Source: Eledone cirrhosa (taxonomy: Eukaryota). From it: 64,000 nucleotides of DNA. Shown here one piece after another: positions 1 through 12,871 of the stretch. A program made the position numbers and the translations under genes. The stretch spans positions 2,170,001 to 2,234,000 of the forward strand of contig OZ024741.1 of the NCBI GenBank assembly GCA_964016885.1. Direction: 5' to 3'. Within the stretch, counting starts at the first letter, position 1; every line of letters begins with the position of its first letter. Under the pieces are notes generated by a model. It had not been told where the DNA came from. It worked only from the letters and a program-made list of their open reading frames with translations, and searched no databases.

Positions 1-1062
1 ACGACACTTTAGAGGTCCTCCTCTGGGGTTTGTGGGAGGTGATAACATCCACGACACTTTAGAGGTCCTCCTCTGGGGTTTGTGGGAGGTGACAACATCC
101 ACGACACTTTAGAGGTCCTCCTCTGGGGTTTGTGGGAGGTGACAACATCCACGACACTTTAGAGGTCCTCCTCTCGTTTGTGGGAGGTGACAACATCCAC
201 GACACTTTAGATGTCCTCCTCTCGTTTGTGGGAGGTGACAACATCCACGACACTTTAGAGGTCCTCCTCTGGGGTTTGTGGGAGGTGACAACATCCACGA
301 CACTTTAGATGTCCTCCTCTCGTTTGTGGGAGGTGACAACATCCACGACACTTTAGAGGTCCTCCTCTGGGGTTTGTGGGAGGTGACAACATCCACGACA
401 CTTTAGATGTCCTCCTCTCGTTTGTGGGAGGTGACAACATCCACGATACTTTAGAGGTCCTCCTCTGGGGTTTGTGGGAGGTGACAACATCCACGTCACT
501 TTAGAGGTCCTCCTCTGGGTTTGTAGGAGGTGACAACATCCACGACACTTTAGAGGTCCTCCTCTGGGGTTTGTGGGAGGTGACAACATCCACGACACTT
601 TAGATGTCCTCCTCTCGTTTGTGGGAGGTGACAACATCCACGACACTTTAGAGGTCCTCCTCTGGGGTTTGTAGGAGGTGACAACATCCACGACACTTTA
701 GAGGTCCTCCTCTGGGGTTTGTGGGAGGTGATAACATCCACGACACTTTAGAGGTCCTCCTCTGGGTTTGTAGGAGGTGACAACATCCACGACACTTTAG
801 AGGTCCTCCTCTGGGGTTTGTGGGAGGTGATAACATCCACGACACTTTAGAGGTCCTCCTCTGGGTTTGTAGGAGGTGACAACATCCACGACACTTTAGA
901 GGTCCTCCTCTCGTTTGTGGGAGGTGACAACATCCACGACACTTTAGAGGTCCTCCTCTCGTTTGTGGGAGGTGACAACATCCACGACACTTTAGAGGTC
1001 CTCCTCTCGTTTGTGGGAGGTGACAACATCCACGACACTTTAGAGGTCCTCCTCTGTGGTTT
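1..1062. repeat. Tandem minisatellite, 48/49/50-bp units (ACGACACTTTAGAGGTCCTCCTCT[GGG/GG/C]GTTTGTGGGAGGTGACAACATCC), about 21 copies, running off the window edge
   Basis: Unit is directly visible. The last copy diverges into unique sequence continuous with the Tx1-like element. Confidence 0.97.
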
Positions 1063-4000
1063 GTGGAAGGAATGGATCCCAAAACAGGGGTCATAGCCGA
1101 CACTCTTCCAAAAGACAAAACGTTAATAAAGTAATAAAAAGGTGAAGGGACCATCATCAGTGGCGGCTACACCAATAACTACATTTGAAGCAGCTACACC
1201 AGCAACAAAATTGCCGAAGAGGGCTCCACTACCACCACCAACAGCCGTGGAGCACATACCCCTCCCAGACGCCACAGAATACGACATGGAGTTTGAGGTG
1301 GGAGTGAAGTGGCAAATGGTCTGCCACAAAAAAAGAAAAAAGAAAAAATCCCTTAGATTCACCCTCCAAAACCGAAGGCATACAAAGAGGGGTAAAGGCA
1401 GCAAGGAAACTTGCAGCAACACCACCACCACAAGCACCACAAGCACGACTGACGACAACAACCACACCACCACCAGCATCACCAAAAACACTAACAACGC
1501 AAACAAAACAAGAAGAAAACAGCAACAAAATCACCCCTTCCACAAAAAAGTACACAGCCACAAAAAATAGCAAAAAAAGAACTCACACAATATATAAAGA
1601 AGCACACAGACATCACAGAAAAAAAAACTACTACACCCCACCAACACCAAGAACTCTCCCGACAAACATAACCATCATTGAAATCTCAATAGAACAGTAC
1701 AAACCTTTAAAACAAAAATTCCCCAACGCAGTTGGAGACTTCAGAGGGTCGGTTACCAAGAGCATATACACTGACATCCTCTTGGAAACACCCATGACCA
1801 GCGAAAGGGACGGTTTTACTGTCCCTTCACCACACGATCAAGGCAAGTGACCCTTTCTCACTTGCCCCGTTTCTCATCCAACATGGCCGTACTCAGAATA
1901 GGCAGTATAAATGCACGTGGCCTGGGGTCATCTTGGAAGCAGGGTCACCTGCTCAACGACATCAGGTCACTAAACATAGATGTGGTGGCCATCAGTGAGA
2001 CCAGAATCTCCGAATCACAAGCCTTCGCACCGATCTTCGGCGGCTACGATGTATACGCATCTCCCAGCCGTCCAGGGTCGGGGGAGGGGTTGCCGCCCAT
2101 TTCGGAGAGGCTTGGATCTCGCCATACGGGCCATCTTCCTAGACCCAGTAGGTAAGTCGGTGGTGCTAGACGTGATAGGCAGCGAAGGCAATGCTTTGAG
2201 GCTAGTAGCCGTCTACGCCCTAACAGGGGCAGGGCGGCCAGATTTCTTTCAGACATCTAGAGACCTTTCTTGGAACGTCCCGCTCTTTAGTGTTAGTGGG
2301 CGACTGGAACGGTATCTTGGATGCACGCTGGGATTGTGTGGCGCTAGTGGATAGGGGAGGAGGGTGCAAGAGCCTCACCAACCTGCTCAGACGTTTTGAA
2401 GTGTCTGACAGGTATCGACTGGATCACGCGAATGTGCCAATGTGGACATGGACAAACCTCATTGGGTTATCCAGATCGTATCTCGATAGGGTATTCTGCA
2501 GAGAACTAGATAAGGCTAGTATAAGTTGTCCACAATTTAAAATAGTCGACTACACAGACCACAAATTTGTGATCTGTGAGATCGACATGGACAGACTTCA
2601 TAGACAAGGGCCTGGTTACTGGCAGCTGAACGCGTCTTTCCCGGCGCGCAAAGCCTACAGAGACCTGATTAGCGAATTAGTTAAGCGGGCGTTGACGAGA
2701 GCGGTCGTCAACAACAGGTGGTGGTTCGCCCTAAAAAGGGCAATTAAAGTAGAGTCGATTAGGTTTAGCAAAGGAGTAGTGATAGAGGAAAATAGAGTAG
2801 AGGGAGAGCTAGTCAGAAAGCTAGAAGAGGCGTTTAGGACAGGCATCGCAACCGACGTGCTTGCAGCGAGATTGGCACTCGACCAATTCTTCAACGCAAA
2901 ACACGAAGGCTGCGTTGTCAGAGCTAGAGCGCGAGCTCTGAAACACGAGGGGACAAAAGCCGTCCAATAGGCCCGGGTGGCAACAAAGCCACAATTCGGT
3001 CTTTGTCTGACCAAAACGGGTGCGTGATGCTCGAACCCGAGCGGATGTGTGAAGCTTTTCAGCAGCACTTTGCTGAACTGTTCGGGAGCAGCGGCGGACC
3101 GGATCGGGGCATGGACTTCAGTGCATACCTCGACGGTCTGCCTCGGCTCTCAACGACCGCAGCAAAGTGTGCGAAATACTAATAACAGCCGGTGAAATAC
3201 GGGAAGCGATGGCTAACTGCACAAGGGGTAAATCGCCAGGTTAGGATGGTCTGCCCTACGAGCTTTATGCATTTATACCAGACTTGTTCGGTGACCTCTT
3301 GGCAGACGTCTACTGCAACTGGCAGCAGAACAGGAGCATTCCCATTTTTGTGAGCCGGGGAGCAGTGGCGCTGCTGAGAAAAGACCCGAACAAGGGGGAT
3401 GTTATCGCCATTCCGGACAGATCCATACACGACAACCTCCACCTCATGCGATACATCATAGAGAGGGTGGTTAAGGAACCTGGCACGGGTGGGGCCCTGA
3501 TCAACTTGGATCAATCCAAAGCATTCGACAGGGTCGACCATCGGTACCTGACGGCGGTCCTCTAGGCGGCCGGTTTCGGGCCCGTTTACAGGGGTTGGAT
3601 CGCAGCAATGTACAGCGACATCTACTCAGTTGTGAGGGTGAACGGTCAGCATCATGTGCTCAGTCCGCCAGGGTTGTCCCCTCTTGTCCCTCTTGTACGT
3701 ATTGGCTCTCGAGCCGTTACTTCACAAACTGGGGGCGATGAGGGGCGTCCAACGCGAACTAGGATGCGGGAAATCCGAGTCGGCTTACGCCGACGACCTC
3801 ACCGTGGTGGTGTCGAGCAGCAGACACGTCCAGATGCTCAGCACCGCTCTCAAGGAATACGAGGCGGTGACAGGAGCAAAGATAAACCAGGAAACGTCGG
3901 TGGGCTTGCAGCGCGGCGCCTGAAGAGGCAAGTCCATGCCGTCCGACAGCGTCGTGGGGCGTTGGACGGACCGGTTAAATTGCTCGGGGCCTGGTTCGGA

Positions 4001-5445
4001 CCCGACCTCCAGAGGGAGTAAAACTGGAACGAGGTGACGAGCAGGTTAGCCTCCCTCACCCAGAAATGTGCCGAGAGGAAGCTGTCCCTGAAAGGCCGGG
4101 CGGAGGTGGTGAATGCGTACATCGCATCCGTCAGCTGCTACCGCCTCACCGTCGTCCCTTGCTCCAGCCCAACTCTCACCAAAATGGAGCACCTCCTCTT
4201 CCGCTTTTTGTTGAAGGTACGCGCTCCCATGGTCAGACGTTCCGTCTGCTGACAACACCCGTGGAGGGCTGGGTATGCCATGGCTGATGATGCGCAAACA
4301 TGCGCTGAGGCTGCGACATCTCTGGTGCTTCCTTGACGGTGAACAGGTGTGGTCGCCGTTCGTCAGGCACGTTTTCCAACAGCTCGTCTCCTTGACGGAG
4401 CTGCAGTCCTGGGTCAGAAAAAGACCGAGGGATAGCGCTTGGAAACTGGAATGTCTCCAGGCGCTTACTGCCCTCTGCCAGCTGGGCACCAGTATCGGTG
4501 GAACATCTACCTCGGCGTTCTATAGAGGACTAGTGGAGGGGAAGAGTGACGACATTCTCGGAGAGATCCTGGGCGTCGAAGATCAGCTGTTTGCTCTCTT
4601 CCGGAGAACTTTCAGCCCGGCGCCTATGGATAATTTCCAAAAATTCCTGTCCTGGCAGTGCTACCGGGGAGCGCTGCCGGTTCCAGATAAGCTCTACAGG
4701 CACGGAAGTGCCGTCAGCCGAGCCTGTCCGTGATGCACGCAGAGCGACGAAACCGTCGTGCACGCACTCGTTCAGTGCCCTAGCATTGCTGACTTGTGGA
4801 GCTATGTCGAACAGTTGCTGTCGCGTGTAGGACTGATCCGGTTACGACTGAGTCCATTGTGCAGTGGGTCTCGCCGCCTTCCTTCGAGGAGGAAGGGCAG
4901 GCGGTTTTCATCTGCCTGGTGGCCACGGCGAAAGAGATTGTGTGGTGGACAATGTTAAAAGGATTAAAGACAGACACTTTCCTCTTCGGCGAATCCCTAA
5001 TTAACTTTTTCAAGTTTCACTTGAAGAGGAAAATCAGGGTTGAGAGGCAAGTGCTGCCTTCTAGCAAGTTTGTTGAAAGGTGGGTGAATGTAGCGAGAAT
5101 TGTCCGAGTGGACGGACCACTCTGAATATACGTCTGTAGTTTGAGAAATGGGAAAATTGAGAGAGGGCGCTTGCCCTGGTGGTCAGGGTGGCCGTGGTCT
5201 TTTGTGTGGTTTTCGCCACGAATAACCCTCGGAGGTTTCCCCCCTATTGGGGAATGTTTCATTGTTTCAATTTTCATTTTTATTGTTTATATATATATAT
5301 GTTTCTATGTCCTTTTTTTTCTTTTCTTATATAAATAATAAAAATATTTACACGCATAAAACCCACATCGTACCGTCCTGTGCCGTCTGTAATGTTTTTC
5401 TTGATGTCAGCCTTTGTGGCCAATAAAGATATTATTATTATTATT
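1063..5445 (+). mobile_element. Degenerate Tx1/L1-clade non-LTR retrotransposon (ORF1 remnant, ORF2, 3' UTR, AATAAA, (ATT)n tail)
   Basis: Low-complexity basic ORF1-like segment (WQMVCHKKRKKK) and APE-RT-CCHC ORF2 fragments. AATAAA at 5422 is followed by (ATT)n at 5430-5445. Confidence 0.9.
1883..5125 (+). pseudogene. Tx1-like ORF2 (APE endonuclease, RT, C-terminal CCHC finger), disrupted by many frameshifts and stops
   Basis: Motifs spread over several frames: MAVLRIGSINARGL, ISET, VGDWN, WTWTN...LDR...TDH, GYWQLN, KSPG-DG, LDQSKAFDRVDH, VRQGCPL, AYADD, C-xx-C...ETVVHALVQC. Confidence 0.92.
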
Positions 5446-6208
5446 GTTCTTTGAGTCTCAGTCATTGATGTTAGTTAACTGGAAAGTTTGTTGAAATGAA
5501 TATCAAGCCACTACCTGCAGCCTCAGATATTCAGGACGTATCGGAGGGTTCTTGCTGTTCCCAGCAAGCATGCCTTTTAAAGCGTTCCAAAAAGCGTGAA
5601 GGGGCTAATTTTCTTTAACCATCCCTGGAAACTTTTTGAGATAGTACCTAGTGCGCCTATGACAATCGGGACCACTTTGACTTTATGGCAGTTCCAAATC
5701 CTTTTTACCTGCCACTTTAAGTCCTGGTATCGGTTAATTTTCTCCCTCTCCTTCTCTTGCACTCTCGTGTCGAATGGGCAGGCCACATCCACAATCAGGC
5801 ACGATCTTTTTTCTTTGTCCACAACCACCAGGTCAGGTCTATTGTGTTCCAGTTTCTTGTCCGTCTGTATCCTAAAATCCCACAGCACCTTCACCTGATC
5901 GTTTTCTATCACCGACTCTGGCTTATGCTCATACCACTTCTCAGAATGTGGTAAATTGTTTACTTTGCATAGGTGCCAGTGGATCACCCTGCCCATCACA
6001 TCATGTCTCCAGCCTTTATAGTGAGTCTGGGCTAGGTGTCTACACTCGGATACAATGTGAGCCACAGTCTCCTCTCTCTCTCCACAGATCCTGCACAGTG
6101 GGCTAGCCTCCTCCTTGTAAATATGGTGTTTCAACCACTTCGTTTTGAGGGCCTGCTCCTGCGCAGCCATTAACATTCCTTCTGTAGCCTTTTTAAGGTC
6201 TCCTCTTT
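5446..6208 (-). mobile_element. 5'-truncated R4/Dong-clade non-LTR element (CCHC and RLE endonuclease), copy A
   Basis: AAQEQAL, CRIC...HIVSEC, RHD, HNRPD...DVACP...K. A premature TAA at 5577-5579 is followed in frame by KACLLGTARTLRYVLNI* (stop at 5523-5525). (TAA)n on both sides. Confidence 0.92.
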
Positions 6209-6213
6209 TATTA

Positions 6214-6279
<66 letters not shown>

Positions 6280-6280
<1 letters not shown>

Positions 6281-7633
6281 AGTTGCATTTATCTTGCTTT
6301 ATGTTCATACGAGTTATCACCAAGTCACAACTAGTGACCTCAAGAGACAACAAGGTCCGCCATGTTCAAGAAAGAACATACATACTCACACATGCATCTT
6401 TAGTGTTTAGACTTGTGACGTACTTATATTGACAGAATCTTCCTTAGTATATGGGCAGTTCCCATTAGTACTATCTTTTGTATTTCTCCTATACGCGTGT
6501 TTCCTGGGATTTGCGATAAGTAATCATTAGACCTCTTAGGTATCATTCCCAGAGCGCCTACAACCACTGGTATTGTTTTAGTTCCCAATTTCCACATTTT
6601 TCCAATTTCTATCTCCAGGTCCTTATACTTGCTCAATTTTTCAAATGTTTTTATAGATACATTCTTGTCTATTGGAACAGACATATCAATTAGCAGGTAT
6701 ACCCTCTTTTTGAAGTCCTTCAATATTATATCAGGTCTATTTGCATCTATTTTTCGGTCTGTTTGGATGCTAAAGTTCCACAAGATTGAGATGTGATCTT
6801 TTTCAAGTATGGGAGGTGGTTGATGCTCCCACCAATTCTTTTGATGGGGCAGGTAAAAATGCTTACACATTATCCAATGTATGTATTGTGCAGCTCTGTC
6901 ATGCCTGTTTAGGTATTCGGTTGGAGCTATAGGACTGCACATTGAAATTATATGGTCAATGGTCTCTGGTTGTTTTTTACATACACGGCATAATGGGCTG
7001 CATCCATTTTTTATTATGTTGGCTTGGTAATTTTGTGTTGGCAGACACTGATCTTGTGCTGATATAATCAGTCCTTCAGTCTCCAATTTCAATCCAGAGG
7101 ATGCCAACCACTGATGGGTTAAAGTTTTGTCAACATCAGGATTGTTAGCTCGTTCTGGGTATTTTCCATACAGAGGCTTTTCTTGCCATTTCTTTGCCAG
7201 TTTCTGTAGCAGTTCTTTCTTTGCAGTTACTTTTACCTGCTTTGCTTTTTCTGTGTTTTCCATTTCAGCAGTAAATGGGACTTCTGAAATGTGTAGTCCA
7301 TTACTGTATCTTTGTGCATCTTTTGTAATGGAATATGATCTTTTGATGCTTTCGTGTTTCAAAACGAGTTTGATCATCCAATCATGTGATTCCCTTAGAT
7401 ATGTAGATAATCCAATTGTTGCAGTTTTCAACGCAATGTCTAACTGGATTAACCCACGTCCTCCTTCTTTCCTAGGGAGATATATTCTATCTGTATCTGC
7501 CTTAGGGTGATGCATTCTGTGCATGGTTAAGAATTTTCGAATTTTTGTATCGAGCCTACGGATCTCTGTGCTTGACCAGTTGATGACATTGTAACTGTAG
7601 GTTACTATTGGTATGGCAAGCGTGTTTATGGCC

Positions 7634-7634
<1 letters not shown>
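6280..7634 (-). mobile_element. 5'-truncated R4/Dong-clade non-LTR element, copy B (distinct subfamily)
   Basis: Reading frame open from about 7633 (AINTLAIP...) to the stop at 6424. Contains RIYLPRKEGGRGL, CRVC...HIISMC, RHD, ANRPD...DMSVP. (TAA)n at 6209-6279 and 7635-7692. Confidence 0.94.
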
Positions 7635-7696
<62 letters not shown>

Positions 7697-7796
7697 ATAT
7701 AAGTGTATGTGTGTGGGTGTATAAATATATATATATAATATATGTGTGTGTGTGTGTGTATCTGTACATACATACATACACGCACACACACCCATG

Positions 7797-7844
<48 letters not shown>

Positions 7845-8269
7845 ATTATCTTCTGAGTGTCACTGATGAAAGATTTTCTTCGGCCGCGAAGCAACCCATA
7901 TGCTTATTGTAAATAAATATATTCTATGTTTATATGCCTTCATAGAAACCTTTATTACACTTCAACGCCTTTTTACTGCCACCACCAATTATATATACTC
8001 ACAAATATGTGTCTGTGTATATAAAATAATATTAAACGACATATACAGATATATCAATTGAGAAACTAGGCTTTAATACATTTATAAATATAAAAACAAA
8101 TACAGTTTAAGGTGTTAAAAAAACATTACTCACATAACGATTAAGTTGTATTTAAATGATTGGATGGTCATATTTGGAAGTACGGCCAATTAAATATGAT
8201 TGAATCGTTATGTCAGTAATGTCTTTTATTTAATACCTTAATTTGTATTTGTTTCTATATGTATCTATG

Positions 8270-8510
8270 TGAAGGCGCATGGCTTAGTGGTTACAGCATT
8301 GGGCTTGCAATCGAAAGGGTGTGAGTTCAATTCTCAGACCGGGTGATGTGTTGTTTCCTTGAGTAAGACACCTTATTTCACGTTGCTCCAGTTTACTCAG
8401 CTGTAGAAATGAGATGATAGGACTGGGGTCCCTATCATTAAATTACCCTAGACACCTCCAACGAGATATACCTTGGAGGAGGCCAGCTAAACCTGCATAG
8501 GTGTAAGCTG
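8270..8510 (+). mobile_element. tRNA-derived SINE, family 2
   Basis: A box TGGCTTAGTGG and B box GAGTTCAATTC, with body CCTTGAG.AAGACAC...GCTCCAG..ACTCAGCTG. Close copy at 31583-31772. Confidence 0.82.
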
Positions 8511-8679
8511 TAACAACAACAACATATATTAAAGCCTGGTTTCTCAATTGATATTACATTATTTTATATTGTGGATGTTCTAAACTAAAGTTTATTGAGT
8601 TTTTACTTAGAAACATTATCAATACATATCTTATATGTATTGATTAAACCTAAAATTAACTTATATATATATGTGTGTG

Positions 8680-8725
8680 TGGTTTGATGATCCTGTGATA
8701 AACAGGTGAAACTCAAGAGTAACAA
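8680..8725 (+). ncRNA. Degenerate type I hammerhead ribozyme motif
   Basis: (t)TGATGA, stem II CCTG/CAGG, GAAA, stem III CTC-aa-GAG, GUA triplet. C3 is mutated and stem I is weak. Confidence 0.55.
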
Positions 8726-8768
8726 GACTTACTACTTAGCCTTAATAAACAGATATGTATGCGTGTGT

Positions 8769-8801
<33 letters not shown>

Positions 8802-9144
8802 CGTAACGTCCTCCTATCTGACAATAAAGTTTGACTTTAAGAAAGACCTGACCACTATTTCTCGTCTTTTGAGACTTCCTAATTAACTACACTTAATGAA
8901 GTTTAAATTATCTGTAGCACACGAATTTGTGGTTTACTTTGACTTTCACCTTGACCTTCACCTAAGCAATACGAAGACAGTGTAATATAAAACAGAAGTT
9001 TAAGGCTGGGATTAATGTCAAGGTTGACTGCGTGCTACAGCCATTATTAATTCAGAAGCCAATAATCTTTTCGAGCGTAAATCCCTATCTTCTTACTTGA
9101 TGCACGCGTTTACAAACTAATCTCTCATATATATTTACATCTTT

Positions 9145-9420
<276 letters not shown>

Positions 9421-9532
9421 CCCCATTCTCCATCTATTCCCAGTTATTTCTCCATTTCCAACCCAAAGCCAGAGGAATGAAATACGTTACTTCAGAGATT
9501 ATTTAAATACTACACAACATATGTGGACAGCT

Positions 9533-10185
9533 ACATAACCATCGTTTACATAGTCGGCCTTCCATACATCTAGATAACAACCGTTCACATAGTCAGCCTT
9601 CCATACATCTAGATAACAACCGTTTACATAGTCAGCCTTCCATACATCTAGATAACCATCGTTTACATAGTCAGCCTTCCATACATCTAGATAACAACCG
9701 TTTACATAGTCGGCCTTCCATACATCTAGATAAAAACCGTTCACATAGTCAGCCTTCCATACATCTAGATAACCATCGTTTACATAGTCAGCCTTCCATA
9801 CATCTAGATAACAACCGTTTACATAGTCGGCCTTCCATACATCTAGATAAAAACCGTTCACATAGTCAGCCTTCCATACATCTAGATAACCATCGTTTAC
9901 ATAGTCGGCCTTCCATACATCTAGATAACAACCGTTCACATAGTCAGCCTTCCATCCATCTAGATAACCATCGTTTACATAGTCGGCCTCCCATACATCT
10001 AGATAACCATCGTTTACATAGTCAACCTTCCATACATCTAGATAACAACCGTTTACATAGTCAGCCTTCCATACATCTAGATAACAACCGTTCACATAGT
10101 CAGCCTTCCATACATCTAGATAACAACCGTTCACATAGTCGGCCTTCCATACATCTAGATAACAACCGATCACAGCCTTCCATAC
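9533..10185. repeat. 39-bp minisatellite, about 16-17 copies
   Basis: Unit CCTTCCATACATCTAGATAACAACCGTTTACATAGTCAG. The ORF track shows 13-aa periodicity. Confidence 0.97.
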
Positions 10186-10366
10186 ATATTTCTTTCTATT
10201 TTTATTTTCATTTATTTTTTTTCGAATTTGTTCATTTTCTTTTTAAACCTTCCATTCTATCTTTAAATCTGTGTGAATACTTACGTACACCTATCTATAT
10301 CTCTCATTTCCTCCCTTCTCTCTCTGTCTCTCTCTCTCTATCTCTTTATATATATATATATATATG

Positions 10367-10540
10367 TAATGCTTTCTACTATAGGCACAAGGCCAGTAAT
10401 TTTGGGGGAGGTGAAAGTCGATTAAATCGACCCCAGTACGTTACTAGTACTTTATTTTATCGACCCCGTAAAGATGAAAAGCAAAGTTAACCTCGGCGGG
10501 ATTTGAACTCAGACCATAAAGGGCCGTAACTCTGTGCTGC
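10367..10540 (-). mobile_element. tRNA-derived SINE family 1, head missing
   Basis: Reverse complement of GAGTTCAAATCCCGCCGAGGTTAACTTTG...GGGGTCGATAAAATAAAGTAC...GGCCTTGTGCCTATAGTAGAAA. Confidence 0.88.
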
Positions 10541-11190
10541 AATGGTTGACCACTGATGGAATGGTTGACCACTGATGGAATGGTTGACCACTGAAGCAAT
10601 GGTTGACCACTGATAGAATGGTTGACCACTGATGGAATGGTTGACCACTGAGGCAATGGTTCACCACTGATGAAATGGTTGACCACTGATAGAATGGTTC
10701 ATCACTGAGGCAATGGTTGACCACTGATAGAATGGTTGACCACTGAGGCAATGGTTGACCACTGATGGAATGGTTGACCACTGAGGCAACGGTTGACCAC
10801 TGATGGAATGGTTAACCACTGATGGAACGGTTGACCACTGAAGCAATGGTTGACCACTGATAGAATGGTTCATCACTGAGGCAATGGTTGACCACTGAGG
10901 CAATGGTTGACCACTGAGGCAATGGTTGACCACTGATGGAATGGTTGACCACTGATGGAATGGTTAACCACTGATGGAACGGTTGACCACTGATGGAATG
11001 GTTAACCACTGAGGCAATGGTTGACCACTGATGGAATGGTTGACCACTGATGGAATGGTTGACCACTGAAGCAATGGTTGACCACTGATAGAATGGTTGA
11101 CCACTGAGGCAATGGTTGACCACTGAGGCAATGGTTGACCACTGAGGCAATGGTTGACCACTGATGGAATGGTTGACCACTGAGGCAATT
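10541..11190. repeat. 19-bp minisatellite (AATGGTTGACCACTGA[TGG/GGC/TAG]), about 34 copies
   Basis: Direct inspection. Confidence 0.97.
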
Positions 11191-11282
11191 GTTGAAGAAT
11201 CAGACTATTTTACAGACGACCAGAGAATCGCAAGACAATCTGACGAAACTGTTTTAATACGGTAGAATAGACCATGACAGTT

Positions 11283-12120
11283 GTGATGGTGATGGTGATG
11301 GTGGTGGTGGTGGTAGTGGTAGTGGTGATGGTGGTGGTGGTGGTAGTGGTAGTGGTGGTGGTGGTGATGGTGGTGGTAGTGGTGGTGGTGATGGTGGTGG
11401 TAGTGGTGGTGGTGATGATGTTGGTGGTGGTGGTAGTGGTAGTGGTGGTGGTGGTGATGGTGGTGGTAGTGGTGGTGGTGATGGTGGTGGTGGTAGTGGT
11501 GGTGGTAGTGGTGGTGGTGGTGATGGTGGTGGTAGTGGTGGTGGTGATGGTGGTGGTGGTAGTGGTGGTGGTAGTGGTGGTGGTGGTGGTGGTGGTGGTA
11601 GTGGTGGTGGTGGTGGTGGTGGTGGTGGTGGTAGTGGTAGTGGTGGTGGTAGTGGTGATGGTGGTGGTGGTGGTAGTGGTAGTGGTGGTGGTGATGGTGG
11701 TGGTGGTAGTGGTGGTGGTAGTGGTGGTGGTGGTGGTGGTGGTAGTGGTGGTGGTGGTGGTGGTGGTGGTGGTAGTGGTGGTGGTAGTGGTAGTGGTGAT
11801 GGTGGTGGTGGTGGTAGTGGTAGTGGTGGTGATGGTGGTGGTAGTGGTGATGGTGGTGGTGGTAGTGGTGGTGGTAGTGGTGGTGGTGGTGGTGGTGGTA
11901 GTGGTGGTGGTGGTGGTGGTGGTGGTGGTGGTAGTGGTAGTGGTGGTGGTAGTGGTAGTGGTGGTGATGGTGGTGGTAGTGGTGGTGGTGATGGTGGTGG
12001 TGGTAGTGGTGGTGGTAGTGGTGGTGGTGGTGGTGGTGGTGGTGGTGGTGGTGGTGGTGGTGGTGGTGGTGATGGTGGTGGTGGTGGTGGTGGTGGTGGT
12101 GGTAGTGGTGGTGGTGATGA
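11283..12120. repeat. (GGT)n-based microsatellite
   Basis: Direct inspection. It explains the poly-H, poly-P and poly-V ORFs. Confidence 0.98.
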
Positions 12121-12871
12121 GGAGAAGGGATTAAAGACTGACACAATAGCCACTGTAGTATATCTGACACAAGTGGACAGTTCTCTAATGTTAACAGCAA
12201 CACATGGACATTGCTGTACACACACACACACACACACAGACACACAGAGAGACACACACATACACACAGAGACACACATACACACACACACATACACACA
12301 CACATACACACATGCACACATAAACACACACACGCATACATACGAGATCGAGAATGTTCCACCTCAAGTAGATAACACTGCAAGAAAAGTGTGTGTGTGT
12401 GCGTGGGTGTGTATGTATGTATGTGTGTGTGTATGTGTATGTGTATGTGTGTGTGTGCATGTGTGTGTGTATGTGTGTGTGGGTATGTGCATGTGTGTGT
12501 GTATGTGTGTGTGTGTATGTGTGTGTGTATGTATGTGTGTGAGAGAGAGAGACGGGGGCACCCAGCATCTACATATACACTTTAAAGAAGATATTGTTTC
12601 CATGAGATGTCTCGGTACACAAAACTCCATATTTCTAGCAGAGGCCAAAATATGAAATATTCTTTTGTTTCAAACGAAGGAAAAATAATTTAACATTTAG
12701 TTGTATTGTCAGAGGATTCTTATCAAACGTTCTGAGTTCAAATTTCTCTGAGGTCAAGTATACCTTTCTTCCTCGCAGGGTCGATAGTACCAGTGAAGTC
12801 TATTTAATCCCTACTTACCCATACAAAAAGAAAACAAATTTTGGTCTCAAGGGGAAACCATTATTATTATT

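Noticed and set aside
1-1062. CRISPR-like array next to an RT
   Set aside because: Units are contiguous with no unique spacers, the context is eukaryotic, and there are no cas genes.
7860-7900. CTGATGA as a hammerhead core
   Set aside because: No properly placed GAAA, stem III or NUH triplet.
8270-8345. tRNA gene
   Set aside because: The cloverleaf is incomplete and the sequence continues into a SINE body.
9499-10173. 224-aa repeat protein (YLDVWKADYVNGC)n
   Set aside because: Translation of a 39-bp minisatellite, with no supporting gene structure.
11205-12383. Poly-His, poly-Pro (formin- or extensin-like) and poly-Val ORFs
   Set aside because: Translations of (GGT)n and (CA)n microsatellites.
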